Of a stretch of 44,508 nt of DNA, positions 9,512-18,550 are shown piece by piece. Source of the DNA: Candidatus Pelearchaeum sp. (GTDB taxonomy: Archaea; Thermoproteota; Nitrososphaeria_A; Caldarchaeales; Caldarchaeaceae). The translations under genes and the position numbers were made by a program. The notes beneath the pieces are model-generated. The model was not told where the DNA came from, did not search any database, and worked only from the letters and a program-made list of their open reading frames with translations. The stretch spans positions 1 to 44,508 of the forward strand of contig WAQC01000068.1 in assembly GCA_015520425.1 (NCBI GenBank). Direction: 5' to 3'. How positions within the stretch are numbered: the stretch's first letter is position 1; the number at the start of each line of letters is the position of its first letter.

Positions 9512-9862
9512 TTGAGAGACCCCGCGGAGACTCTTCAACGACTCGCACGAGAATATCCATCTCTATTTGATGAGGCATACCAGGCTGTGAGGGAGGGGAA
9601 GGTAAAGAAATACTATTTCTATCCAAGCGGTAAGGTGGAGTGGATAGTAGTAGGGAGAAACCGTGACTACCTCATACTCCCAGAAGCCAACTACTGTAGC
9701 TGTGAAGATTTCTTCTTCCGCGTACTAAGCCAAGAAAAACCCATGTGCTACCACATACTCGCCACACGAATAGCAGCACTAACAGGCAGATACGAAGAAA
9801 TCCAAGAAGCAGACCACTGGCGTAGAAGACTGATAAAAGAATGGGTCCCCAGAGAGGGATAA
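9512..9862 (+). CDS. Stand-alone SWIM-type zinc-finger protein
   Basis: 116 aa. CSCEDFFFRVLSQEKPMCYH fits the SWIM signature CxCx(n)CxH. It starts 3 nt after the stop of the phosphoesterase gene. Confidence 0.7.
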   Translation: MRDPAETLQRLAREYPSLFDEAYQAVREGKVKKYYFYPSGKVEWIVVGRNRDYLILPEANYCSCEDFFFRVLSQEKPMCYHILATRIAALTGRYEEIQEADHWRRRLIKEWVPREG

Positions 9863-9896
9863 ACTCTAAAATAAAGAACAACCCTAGTGGTTTTAA

Positions 9897-10009
9897 GCCG
9901 GGGTCGGGTAGTCCGGCTAGCTCGCCGGCCTCGAGATCCGCTCCATTAAGCTGGTCAGGATAGCCGGTGGCCTTCTCGGGCCGCGTGGGTTCAAATCCCA
10001 CCCCCGGCG
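9897..10009 (+). tRNA. tRNA-Ser (anticodon CGA) with a roughly 26-nt intron at the canonical 37/38 position
   Basis: Acceptor GCCGGGG / CCCCGGC with discriminator G. T arm GTGGG-TTCAAAT-CCCAC. Anticodon stem CCGGC (9925-29) / GCCGG (9963-67) with loop CTCGAGA interrupted after position 37. Long variable arm (GGCC..GGCC) typical of class II tRNAs. CCA is not encoded. AAAATAAAG lies about 20-28 nt upstream. Confidence 0.85.
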
Positions 10010-11181
10010 CTTTTCTTGTTTGTTCGTTTTTTAAGGAGTAGGTAGAGTGGTAGAGCAATTGCTGCGAATGGTGCGCTGCCTATTGCTAGTATTAAGAGTC
10101 CTCTCAGTACGGTGTAGAGTAGTGTTATGCCGGTTATGAGGGGTTCTGTTGGGTCTATGTCGGGTAGCGTGGGTTTTGTGGGCTGTAGTATGCTGACGGT
10201 TATCTGTGAGGTATCTGAAGTTCTTGTCTCCATGTTACGTGTCTTCCCCAAGGCTGTTATCTTGGAGATAAGCTCATCAAAAACATCAGTAGGGACGTTG
10301 GTTATGATTTCACCAGACCATCTATCGTTAGAAACTCTAAGCGAAGACCTCACTACATACCCGCCAGACTCGCGCGCCAGCTTTTCAATCAACGCAAGCG
10401 TGTTTGCTACATCCTGGCTTTCTAAGATTATGAGCGCAGAGTGCGGCTTTGATGGTGGCTGAGCCTGCAGTAGCTCAACCCGAATAGTGGAGAAACTGAC
10501 GGTATTCTCAAGATAGTTTATCCTACCCGTTAAACGTTCTATCTCTCCCCTAACCCTCTCCAGCTCCTTCTCTATACTAAGCAAATCATCAACGCTGGTT
10601 GCAAGTCTCAGGATTTCCAGTAACCTCTCTTCTTGGCGCAGTAGATTATCGCGACGGGCACGTAGGTCTATGTATTCCTCGGTAACATCATCGCTTTGAG
10701 TATTCTTTTCCACCACCCGTCCAAGGGTCTCTATCGCAGATGTAGCCTGGTAAAAATTGCTGCGTGGAACTCGTATTGTGATAGAGGCTACTTGTCTTCC
10801 ATCAATTATGGTGGATGAGGTGCCTGCGACATATCCACCTAGCTCTTCTGCCACATTAGCAATCTCATCAACCGCCACCCCAACATTAACTACCTCTAGC
10901 CTAATATTAGCTGTGAATGTTATCATCCTACCAAAACCGCCAACTTGGTCATTCTTCTCCACCACATATTCAAATTGCTTCACTGTGGCGGTCGCTGTTT
11001 GGGTACGTATAACTGTAGTAGTTGTTATAGACTGCTCAACCATAATTGAGTCTTCTATGGATGCTGGATAGCTTGCTTGTGGTTTTTGTTGCGTTAAGCC
11101 ACTCATTACCACACCTACAACCGTCAAAATCGTTATAACGACAAGTAGTTTTACATGCTTATTCTTAGCCAGCTTGCGCAT
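9991..11181 (-). CDS. DUF4349-like membrane-anchored protein (N-terminal TM, coiled coil, C-terminal TM)
   Basis: 396 aa. N-terminal anchor (HVKLLVVITILTVVGVVMSGL), a central coiled-coil stretch (RRDNLLRQEERLLEI...ELERVRGEIERLTGRINYLENTVSFSTIRVEL) characteristic of DUF4349, and a C-terminal TM helix. The last ~19 nt overlap the tRNA-Ser 3' end in antisense. Confidence 0.6.
   Translation of the reverse strand: MRKLAKNKHVKLLVVITILTVVGVVMSGLTQQKPQASYPASIEDSIMVEQSITTTTVIRTQTATATVKQFEYVVEKNDQVGGFGRMITFTANIRLEVVNVGVAVDEIANVAEELGGYVAGTSSTIIDGRQVASITIRVPRSNFYQATSAIETLGRVVEKNTQSDDVTEEYIDLRARRDNLLRQEERLLEILRLATSVDDLLSIEKELERVRGEIERLTGRINYLENTVSFSTIRVELLQAQPPSKPHSALIILESQDVANTLALIEKLARESGGYVVRSSLRVSNDRWSGEIITNVPTDVFDELISKITALGKTRNMETRTSDTSQITVSILQPTKPTLPDIDPTEPLITGITLLYTVLRGLLILAIGSAPFAAIALPLYLLLKKRTNKKSAGGGI
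10011..10032 (+). terminator. Oligo-T tract downstream of tRNA-Ser (archaeal-type terminator)
   Basis: TTTTCTTGTTTGTTCGTTTTTT lies immediately 3' of the tRNA. Archaeal RNAP terminates at T-runs. Confidence 0.4.
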
Positions 11182-11295
11182 GTAATTGACTGGTCTATAC
11201 AGGTGTATAGTTCTAGCGTTTAGAACAAAGCGTTCTATGCGTGTGAGTTGATGCTAAATCCATAAAATGCTGCATATGGCTATAATCCTCTTAGA

Positions 11296-13341
11296 ATGTC
11301 GCCCAATAGGCTGATAAACGAAAAAAGCCCCTACCTACTGAAGCACGCTCATAACCCTGTTGATTGGTATCCTTGGGGAGATGAGGCTTTTGAAAGAGCG
11401 CGTAGAGAGGATAAGCCTATCCTTCTTAGTATAGGATATTCTACCTGCCATTGGTGTAATGTTATGGAGAGGGAATCGTTTGAAAATGAGGAGATAGCAG
11501 AGCTGATAAACAGGAACTTTATTCCGATAAAGGTGGATAGGGAGGAGAGGCCAGATGTTGATGAGATTTACATGAGGGCTGTTCAGCTAATGACGGGGAG
11601 CGGTGGATGGCCTTTAACCGTTTTTCTCACACCAGACCTAAAACCCTTTTTCGGAGGTACTTACTTTCCACCCAAGAGGAGAGGCGGCCTTCCAGGCTTT
11701 GATGAGATACTTAAAGCGGTAGCTGAGGCGTGGAGAACGAGACGCGAAGAGATAATGAAATCAGCCAACGACGTAACAGCGCTTATTCAACAGATATACG
11801 CCCACAAACAAACTATGCAGAATCTCTCTCTGGAACCCGTAAACCAGGCGTATGATGCCCTAGTTTCTCTCTATGATAGCAATTATGGCGGGTTTGGAGG
11901 AGCTCCCAAGTTTCCCATGCCTACTTATCTATTCTTTCTTCATAGAATCTACTGGAGGAACAGGGATAAAGTTGCCCTCCGTATGGCGCAGCATACCCTA
12001 ACGCGCATGGCTCGCGGAGGAATACACGACCAACTCGCAGGAGGATTTCACAGATACTCAACTGACAGATACTGGATAGTTCCACATTTTGAGAAGATGC
12101 TCTATGATAACGCATTGCTGGCGAGGGTGTATCTTGAAGCATATCAACTAACTGGAGACAACTATCTGCGTGATGTGGCAGTAAAAACTCTAGAGTGGAT
12201 GCTGAGAGATATGAAGAGCAACGAGGGCGCTTTTTACTCTGCGGTTGACGCGGATAGTCCAGAAGGCGAGGGAATATACTATACTTGGAAGCGTGAGGAG
12301 GTTCTAGAAATACTTGGAAAGGAAGTAGGTGAGATTATCTGCAAATACTATGGAATAACTTATGAGGGAAATTTTGAAGAGAAACGGAATATACTAACCA
12401 TTAGTAGAGATATAGACTCTCTAGCTGTGGAGTGTAAGATGGATGTTAATGAGCTGACAGATATGATAAACGAAGCATCTATGAGATTATTAGATGAGCG
12501 CAATAAGCGTCCAAAACCCGCTGTTGATGACAAGATTCTTACATCGTGGAATGGTTTAGCGATTTCAAGCCTTGTACATGGCTACAAAGTAATGGGCGTT
12601 GTAGAGTATTTGGAATCCGCCAAAAGTGCGGCAGATTTTATCTTGTCCAAGCTCTATGAATCAAATGGGCTTCTCCATAGATATCGTGGTGGCGAAGCCT
12701 CAATAAACGCCAAGCTTGACGACTACGCATATCTAGTTGCTGGTCTTCTTGACATCTACGAGTCATGTTTTGAAGAGCGGTGGATAGACTGGGCTATACA
12801 GTTAAACAAGGAGATGATAGAACGGTTATGGGATAGAGAAAATGGTGGATTTTACTTTAATCAAGAGGAGGTAGCTGGTATATCACGTATCAAGGATGGT
12901 TATGACGATGTAGTTCCGTCGGGTAACTCGGTAGCAGCGCATAACCTGTTAAGACTCGCAGAGCTAACTGGCGACACGTCTTTAGAGGAAATGGCTGAAA
13001 AAACAATTAAAGTCTTCTGGAATAGCATAGAGCAAGAGCCGATAAACTACACCTACATGCTAACGGCGCTTGACTATCTCCTTAATGAGCGGCGTGAAAT
13101 TGTTCTAGCTGGCCCACAGGATGAGCTCGCGCCATTCATTAAAGAGGTACATAAACGCTATTTGCCCAACACCGTTATCGCAGCTTATGATGATGCGAAA
13201 AGCACCGATTTAACGCGGAAGCTCGTCCTCCTCCAGGGAAAGACATCTAAGGGAAGACCAACCGCTTATGTGTGCAAAAACTTCACATGCCATAATCCTG
13301 TGGATTCGCTGGATGAATTTCTAAAACTATTAGATGAATAA
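11296..13341 (+). CDS. Thioredoxin-domain protein, DUF255/YyaL family (thioredoxin-like N-terminus plus six-hairpin glycosidase-like domain)
   Basis: 681 aa. N-terminal [58 protein letters not shown] is the hallmark of this family. Confidence 0.85.
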   Translation: MSPNRLINEKSPYLLKHAHNPVDWYPWGDEAFERARREDKPILLSIGYSTCHWCNVMERESFENEEIAELINRNFIPIKVDREERPDVDEIYMRAVQLMTGSGGWPLTVFLTPDLKPFFGGTYFPPKRRGGLPGFDEILKAVAEAWRTRREEIMKSANDVTALIQQIYAHKQTMQNLSLEPVNQAYDALVSLYDSNYGGFGGAPKFPMPTYLFFLHRIYWRNRDKVALRMAQHTLTRMARGGIHDQLAGGFHRYSTDRYWIVPHFEKMLYDNALLARVYLEAYQLTGDNYLRDVAVKTLEWMLRDMKSNEGAFYSAVDADSPEGEGIYYTWKREEVLEILGKEVGEIICKYYGITYEGNFEEKRNILTISRDIDSLAVECKMDVNELTDMINEASMRLLDERNKRPKPAVDDKILTSWNGLAISSLVHGYKVMGVVEYLESAKSAADFILSKLYESNGLLHRYRGGEASINAKLDDYAYLVAGLLDIYESCFEERWIDWAIQLNKEMIERLWDRENGGFYFNQEEVAGISRIKDGYDDVVPSGNSVAAHNLLRLAELTGDTSLEEMAEKTIKVFWNSIEQEPINYTYMLTALDYLLNERREIVLAGPQDELAPFIKEVHKRYLPNTVIAAYDDAKSTDLTRKLVLLQGKTSKGRPTAYVCKNFTCHNPVDSLDEFLKLLDE

Positions 13342-13358
13342 CACAAATAGTAGCTAGT

Positions 13359-14537
13359 TTGGCGGCCTATCTAGTGAATTTGAAAAAAACTAGTGAAGGC
13401 CTCATAGTGCTGCCAGTATGCTGGCTCTCTTGGATGTGGAATCATGGTACCCGCGTGGCGGTTCCAGTATTAGCGCCGTATCTAACCGAGAAGTATTCGC
13501 TTACAGTATTTGAGGCTGCGGTTCTATCTGGGATAACATACCTAAGCTTTTATGGCTTCATGATAGTATCAGGACAGGCGGTAGTGCGTATAGGTTATAA
13601 GCGGTCCGTCGCGTTAAGTACTCTTGGAGCAGCTCTTCTCTTCGCATTTGCTGGCTACGCACCTACTACACTAATGCTCTTTCTCCTGCTCTTCTTAACT
13701 GGGTTTAGCCTCTCACTATATCTGCCAGCGGCTATTCCATGGTTGTCAGGATTGTTCAATAGTAGTAAGCGTGGCTTAGTGGTGGGCATTCACGAATCCG
13801 CTGCTCCCACAGGCCAGACTCTAGGCCCTGTCTTTGTTGCTGTGGCTGCTGCGCTGCTAGCTTTAGAACAGGTGTTCGTAGCTTGGGCTGTAATAGCAAC
13901 TCTGGCTGGCGTCTTAATAATACTCCTAGCAAAGCCAACCCCGTCCATGGTTGTTCAAGCAGCGCGCGATGCGCAGCTTATGAGCATAAAGCGGCTAGGA
14001 ATCATCATAATAGTAACTCTAGGCGTGCTTATCGGGAACCTGGGAGTTCTCCCACTCATTCCCATCTACTTGGTCAATGTTTTTGGGCTTGAGAGGGGGT
14101 TTGTCGCTACCTTGGTCGGCTTAAGCCGCCTACTTGGACTTATAGGCCAGCCAGTAGGAGGATACCTCTCAGATAGATTCGGCAGACTCACTCTCATAAC
14201 AATACTCACTATACTAACTTTCCTCTCAACAGCATACATAGCCTATGCACCCTTCAACATTCTATACATAGTCTTCCTAGTAATACAAGCCACAGCCACA
14301 GCCATGTACTTCCCCGTCGTATACGCCCTAATATCCGAGGAAGCAAGAGCCTATGCAAGCATACAGATAGGCCGTTTGCTCTTTGTTAGCGGCCTTTTAG
14401 GACCGACACTAACAGCTTTCGTAATGGGCTACCTAGCTGAAACATTCAGCTATACAATAGCATTCACATACCCACTAATATTCACCCTACTGAGCGTTGT
14501 AGCAGTACCGTGGTTAAGGAAAGCTCCACATAAATAA
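13359..14537 (+). CDS. MFS-type transporter
   Basis: 392 aa with about 12 predicted hydrophobic helices and an MFS-like loop motif (GYLSDRFGR). Non-ATG start in the track, so the exact start is uncertain. Confidence 0.7.
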   Translation: MAAYLVNLKKTSEGLIVLPVCWLSWMWNHGTRVAVPVLAPYLTEKYSLTVFEAAVLSGITYLSFYGFMIVSGQAVVRIGYKRSVALSTLGAALLFAFAGYAPTTLMLFLLLFLTGFSLSLYLPAAIPWLSGLFNSSKRGLVVGIHESAAPTGQTLGPVFVAVAAALLALEQVFVAWAVIATLAGVLIILLAKPTPSMVVQAARDAQLMSIKRLGIIIIVTLGVLIGNLGVLPLIPIYLVNVFGLERGFVATLVGLSRLLGLIGQPVGGYLSDRFGRLTLITILTILTFLSTAYIAYAPFNILYIVFLVIQATATAMYFPVVYALISEEARAYASIQIGRLLFVSGLLGPTLTAFVMGYLAETFSYTIAFTYPLIFTLLSVVAVPWLRKAPHK

Positions 14538-14618
14538 AGCCAAAAATATTGTTTATTTGGTCAATAGATTTATCCCAGAAGATATAATTATCCAGTAAGG
14601 GATGCAGGTGACCTCTCT

Positions 14619-15875
14619 TTGCTAAGTTTTGCCTCGCTCAAAGTATGGGAAAAACCAGAGATAAAACGTAACCTCTGGTGGTATTATGAAGTAGCTAACA
14701 ATAGAAAACCAGCAAAATACCTCATATGCAGACGCATACCTGCTGAGATAAACCCAACAAAAGCTGAAGAAAACACATTATGGGACATGCATGAAAAACT
14801 ATCAAAAGAATTCCAAGGTTTATTCAATAAAATAGCCGAGGATAAGCTATCTCTTAAAGAACTCCCCATAGCTAAACCAAATTTTCTTGACATAAAAGTT
14901 GAACTCGCTAAAAGAATGTTGAAACACTGCAACTTCTGCAGATGGAACTGTAGAGTTGATAGAACCCTAGGTACAAAACATGGTACATGCCAGCTGGAGA
15001 GTGAAAGCAGGGTATCAAGTTATTTCCACCATAGGGGCGAGGAGCTACCAATAAGGGGAACAGGTGGAAGTGGAACTATTTTCTTTACGTCATGTAATAT
15101 GCGCTGCGCTTTTTGTCAGAATGGCGATATTTCGCATGATAAGTATAATGGGGTAATATTCACTCCGTATATGGTTGCGCTTGCTATGTGGCAGCTTAGG
15201 TTGGAAGGCTGTCATAACATAAACCTAGTAGGAGGAGAGCCGACAATACACCTGCATACGATAGTAGAGGCTATAAGCCTGCTAAGGTTCTTTGATGATA
15301 GAAAAACTCTACCGCAGATAATGATAGCGAAAGCGGATGGCTTTCTACCATATAGGATGAATAAAGGCAACGCCCTGTATCATGATGAGTTCAACACACC
15401 AATATTATGGAACTCCAACATGTTCATGAGCCGTGAAACGCTTACTATACTTCGCGAAATAGTGGATATATGGCTACCGGACTTCAAATTTGGAAATAAT
15501 AAATGCGCAGTGCGCCTCTCCAGGACTCCATGGTATTTTGAGACAGTATCTGATAATCATAGAACAATTTACGAGTGGGGGGAGAATATAGTTATAAGGC
15601 ATCTCGTAATGCCCAATCATGTAGAGTGCTGCACCAAGCCCGTTCTTAGGTGGATAGCAGAGAACATGCCAGGAGTTCCTGTTAATGTGATGGACCAGTA
15701 TCACCCTGACTGTGCATGCAATCCAAACGACCCAAACTATGACCCGCGGTATAGTGATATGGCTAGATACCCGACGCGCGATGAGGTTTTAGAGGCGTAT
15801 AGGTACGCTCAGGAGTTGGGGATTCCATTTGAGGAGATAACTTTTGAGAGGTCAGTGTATGGGTATAATGTTTAG
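14619..15875 (+). CDS. Radical SAM protein, PflX-like (pyruvate formate-lyase activase-related)
   Basis: 418 aa. CNMRCAFCQNGDIS gives the CxxxCxxC radical-SAM cluster motif, with NLVGGEPT downstream. Exact start uncertain. Confidence 0.8.
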   Translation: MLSFASLKVWEKPEIKRNLWWYYEVANNRKPAKYLICRRIPAEINPTKAEENTLWDMHEKLSKEFQGLFNKIAEDKLSLKELPIAKPNFLDIKVELAKRMLKHCNFCRWNCRVDRTLGTKHGTCQLESESRVSSYFHHRGEELPIRGTGGSGTIFFTSCNMRCAFCQNGDISHDKYNGVIFTPYMVALAMWQLRLEGCHNINLVGGEPTIHLHTIVEAISLLRFFDDRKTLPQIMIAKADGFLPYRMNKGNALYHDEFNTPILWNSNMFMSRETLTILREIVDIWLPDFKFGNNKCAVRLSRTPWYFETVSDNHRTIYEWGENIVIRHLVMPNHVECCTKPVLRWIAENMPGVPVNVMDQYHPDCACNPNDPNYDPRYSDMARYPTRDEVLEAYRYAQELGIPFEEITFERSVYGYNV

Positions 15876-17200
15876 GGATGTAGTCGGAATCTGTCACGGG
15901 GGAATAATATGGTCTCGCGTATGTTTGTTCTTCTGGTTATGACCATCATCAGTCGCTCAAACCCAAGCCCCCAGCCAGCGTGTATTGGCATGCCATAGTC
16001 ATAAACCTCCAGATGATACTTAAATGACTCCGGATTAAGTCCCTGTTCTTCCAACCGCTTCATGAGCAGCTCTTTCTCCCAAATTCTCGTACCGCCAGAA
16101 GCCAGCTCAAGCCACTGATACATCAGGTCAAAAGATTCGCTTACCTCAGGCTTGTCGCGCCGCGGCTGTATGTAAAAGGGCTTTATCTTCGTGGGAAAGT
16201 CAGTTATAAAATAATAGCCAGTGTGCTTCTTAGCTAGCGCTCTTAGGTGAGGGGTTCCAAAATCCTCGCCCCATTCTAGAGGCTGGCCTAAACCGCTAAG
16301 CTCGTCAAGAAGCTGCTCATAGGTATATCGTGGAAACGGTAAGGATGGAATCTTAAGACGTACACCAAGAGTCTTAAGCTCCTCAGAGTTATTCCGCTCT
16401 ATCCACCTATACACATAAACTATAAGCTCCTCAAGAAAACGCATAACATCATCCATATCAGCGAACGCAACCTCTATATCCACTGAAGTAAATTCACTTA
16501 TATGCCTACGCGTATGTGATTCTTCTGCTCTGAAGAATGGCCCCATCTCAAATACGCGTTCAAAGACTGTGGTGAGTTCTTCTTTATAGAGCTGCGGGCT
16601 TTGCGCCAGGTATGCTGTTCTATCAAAATACCTGACCTCAAAAAGGGCTGCTCCCCCTTCTGTAGCAGTGCCTATTATTCTTGATGTCCTAACCTCGGTG
16701 AATCCATGCTCATGAAAGAAATCGCGTATAGCCTTATTTACGCTACTGGCAAGAGTAAATACCGCTCTATTCTCGGGTTTCCGTAGGTCTAAAATCCTAT
16801 GTCGCAGCCGCGTCTCCATACCTGCGGAGACCTTACCCGTTATGTCGTAAGGTATCTGGCTGGCTGCTCTGCTCAATATAGCTAGTCTGCTTGCTTTAAC
16901 CTCTACGCCCAACCTAGCCTTGGGCTCTGCTGAGACTCTACCATTGACATAAACCACAGATTCCAGACCTATCTCCTCAAGCTCCCGCTTCGTATTTTCG
17001 TCAACCTCGGCCTTACGTATAGCTACTTGGCATATTCCAGAAGAGTCCCGTAAAAGTATGAAGATAAGCCTTCCTAGGTCTCTTATTTCATGAACCCAGC
17101 CCAGTAGATGGACCTCCTTACCATCATTCTCTGGCCTTACATTCCGCGCCATGGTGCGCTGTGAGATTATCCTCTTAAGGTCTGGTCTATCCAAGCCCAA
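15872..17200 (-). CDS. aspS: Aspartate--tRNA ligase (archaeal type, possibly non-discriminating)
   Basis: 442 aa. N-terminal OB fold, class II motifs (FFRAEESHTRRHISEFTSVDIE; GGTRIWEKE; HAGWGLGFERL). Length matches archaeal AspRS. Confidence 0.85.
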   Translation of the reverse strand: MGLDRPDLKRIISQRTMARNVRPENDGKEVHLLGWVHEIRDLGRLIFILLRDSSGICQVAIRKAEVDENTKRELEEIGLESVVYVNGRVSAEPKARLGVEVKASRLAILSRAASQIPYDITGKVSAGMETRLRHRILDLRKPENRAVFTLASSVNKAIRDFFHEHGFTEVRTSRIIGTATEGGAALFEVRYFDRTAYLAQSPQLYKEELTTVFERVFEMGPFFRAEESHTRRHISEFTSVDIEVAFADMDDVMRFLEELIVYVYRWIERNNSEELKTLGVRLKIPSLPFPRYTYEQLLDELSGLGQPLEWGEDFGTPHLRALAKKHTGYYFITDFPTKIKPFYIQPRRDKPEVSESFDLMYQWLELASGGTRIWEKELLMKRLEEQGLNPESFKYHLEVYDYGMPIHAGWGLGFERLMMVITRRTNIRETILFPRDRFRLHP

Positions 17201-17223
17201 CGGGTTAAGCTGAATAGAGTCAG

Positions 17224-17772
17224 CTAATGAGTCTTACTCCTCCTATAGCCCCTTGAGCGACGCTCAAAATCTATCCTCAGATTTATGCCCTTAACCTGCT
17301 TAGCCACAACAGCAGCGGCCTCAGGGCTTATCTTGAGATTACGCTCCTCATCAAGTATTATACGCGTCTCCTCCGTCTGGTCAGGAAGCCATATCTTGTT
17401 TACTGCCATAATCCTAGCAGGCGCCACCAAAAGCTGGAGAAACTTATTACTATCTTTAGCATCTTCAAGAAGCCTAACATGAAGCCTAGTTAAATCACCT
17501 ATCCTCTTCCTTAGGTTAGATTGTTGGGGATATGGAATTTTTGAAAGGTCTCCTTCTTTAAAAATAATGAAGAGCAGTGTGTTGTATTCCACGCTTTTTT
17601 TGTACGTTGTTCCAGCCAGCTGTGGTACCTGCTTCTCTAGGTCCATTAACAGCCGCATTACCTTTAGGTCTGTCTCGGTTATCTCGCCGCGGCGTATTTT
17701 ATCTTCACACTTCGGGCAGAAGATACCTGACCTTAAGTCGAATGAGCAGACTGGGAACTCCACGCCGTGCAC
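17224..17772 (-). CDS. Conserved hypothetical protein with an N-terminal Cys/His zinc-ribbon-like motif; possibly nucleic-acid binding
   Basis: 182 aa with a GTG start. N-terminal HGVEFPVCSFDLRSGIFCPKCEDK. Basic C-terminus (RRSRGYRRSKTH). Lies 33 nt downstream of alba on the same strand. I do not recognise the family with confidence. Confidence 0.35.
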   Translation of the reverse strand: MHGVEFPVCSFDLRSGIFCPKCEDKIRRGEITETDLKVMRLLMDLEKQVPQLAGTTYKKSVEYNTLLFIIFKEGDLSKIPYPQQSNLRKRIGDLTRLHVRLLEDAKDSNKFLQLLVAPARIMAVNKIWLPDQTEETRIILDEERNLKISPEAAAVVAKQVKGINLRIDFERRSRGYRRSKTH

Positions 17773-17805
17773 CCTTCAAGGCGCCTCAGGCCCCCTCAGT
17801 GAAAG

Positions 17806-18087
17806 TCAGCGCGAAACAGTAATCTCTATGGTGCTAACATTTAGCGTCTGCCCTGTCTGGCTCTGTACCTGCTCTGTGCCTATCTTTATGTCCTTCACCT
17901 TAAGGTCTTTGAAGAACCTGTTTTGCAGTATTTGGACAACGTCTACGGCCCTGCTTATTGCCCTGCCTCTGGCCTTGATTATAACCTCGTTTGACCCCGA
18001 CTGGATTGTCGTCAGACAGGCTAGAACATAGTTCATTATCGGTTTCTTGCCCACTAATACTGTTGTAGCTAATTGCCGACTCTCCAT
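17806..18087 (-). CDS. albA: DNA/RNA-binding protein Alba (Sso10b family)
   Basis: 93 aa. [49 protein letters not shown] matches the Alba fold consensus. Confidence 0.9.
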   Translation of the reverse strand: MESRQLATTVLVGKKPIMNYVLACLTTIQSGSNEVIIKARGRAISRAVDVVQILQNRFFKDLKVKDIKIGTEQVQSQTGQTLNVSTIEITVSR

Positions 18088-18216
18088 ACACCATCACCGT
18101 CTTACCAATAGGGGCGCAACCCACCTATTAAACTCCTGAATAAATAGGTTACGCATAGTCGGGAAGTAACACCTTTAACCAAGAGCTATACGCAGTAGGC
18201 AAGGGGTGTTTGGAAA

Positions 18217-18378
18217 TTGCCGATAAGGGACGCCGCCCTCCTCCAAATAGCGCAGAGAAGAAGGTTGCTGGTCAAGATTTGCAGAGAATGTGGTGCTAGA
18301 AACGCTCCTACGGCCGAGAAATGCAGAAAATGCAGGAGCTACAACCTCAGATGGAAGAGACGCGAGATTAAGCGCTGA
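18217..18378 (+). CDS. rpl40e: 50S ribosomal protein L40e (small ORF absent from the ORF track)
   Basis: Hand translation from TTG 18217 gives MPIRDAALLQIAQRRRLLVKICRECGARNAPTAEKCRKCRSYNLRWKRREIKR, stopping at TGA 18376-78. The CxxC...CxxC ribbon and basic tail are typical of L40e. An in-frame TAG at 18196 limits upstream extension. A T5 run at 18398-18402 follows. Confidence 0.85.
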   Translation: MPIRDAALLQIAQRRRLLVKICRECGARNAPTAEKCRKCRSYNLRWKRREIKR

Positions 18379-18435
18379 CGACCAAAACCACAGAGTCTTT
18401 TTATCAGAGATTAACTATAACGGGGAGAAGGGATA

Positions 18436-18529
18436 GGGGCCGTGGTCTAGCGGCTATGACGCCGCCCTTACACGGCGGAGAGCAACCAATGCCCGTAAGC
18501 CGTGGGTTCGAATCCCACCGGCCCCACCA
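18436..18529 (+). tRNA. tRNA-Val (anticodon TAC) with a roughly 18-nt insert between the anticodon stem and T stem; CCA encoded
   Basis: Acceptor GGGGCCG / CGGCCCC, discriminator A, then CCA. D arm GTCT..TGAC. Anticodon arm CCGCC-CTTACAC-GGCGG. T arm GTGGG-TTCGAAT-CCCAC. There are 23 nt where a 5-nt variable loop is expected (18479-18501). TTAACTATAA lies about 20 nt upstream. Confidence 0.8.
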
Positions 18530-18550
18530 TGTAATCTTCACAATGACCTG

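Noticed and set aside
9672-10058. 128-aa minus-strand ORF spanning the SWIM gene end and the whole tRNA-Ser.
   Set aside because: It is explained by the tRNA gene and SWIM CDS on the other strand, and its translation has no protein-like features.
18123-18149. Inverted repeat ACCTATT-N13-AATAGGT between alba and rpl40e.
   Set aside because: It is short and AT-rich and sits where the two divergent TATA/BRE elements are expected. It is most simply read as promoter sequence rather than a distinct regulatory element.
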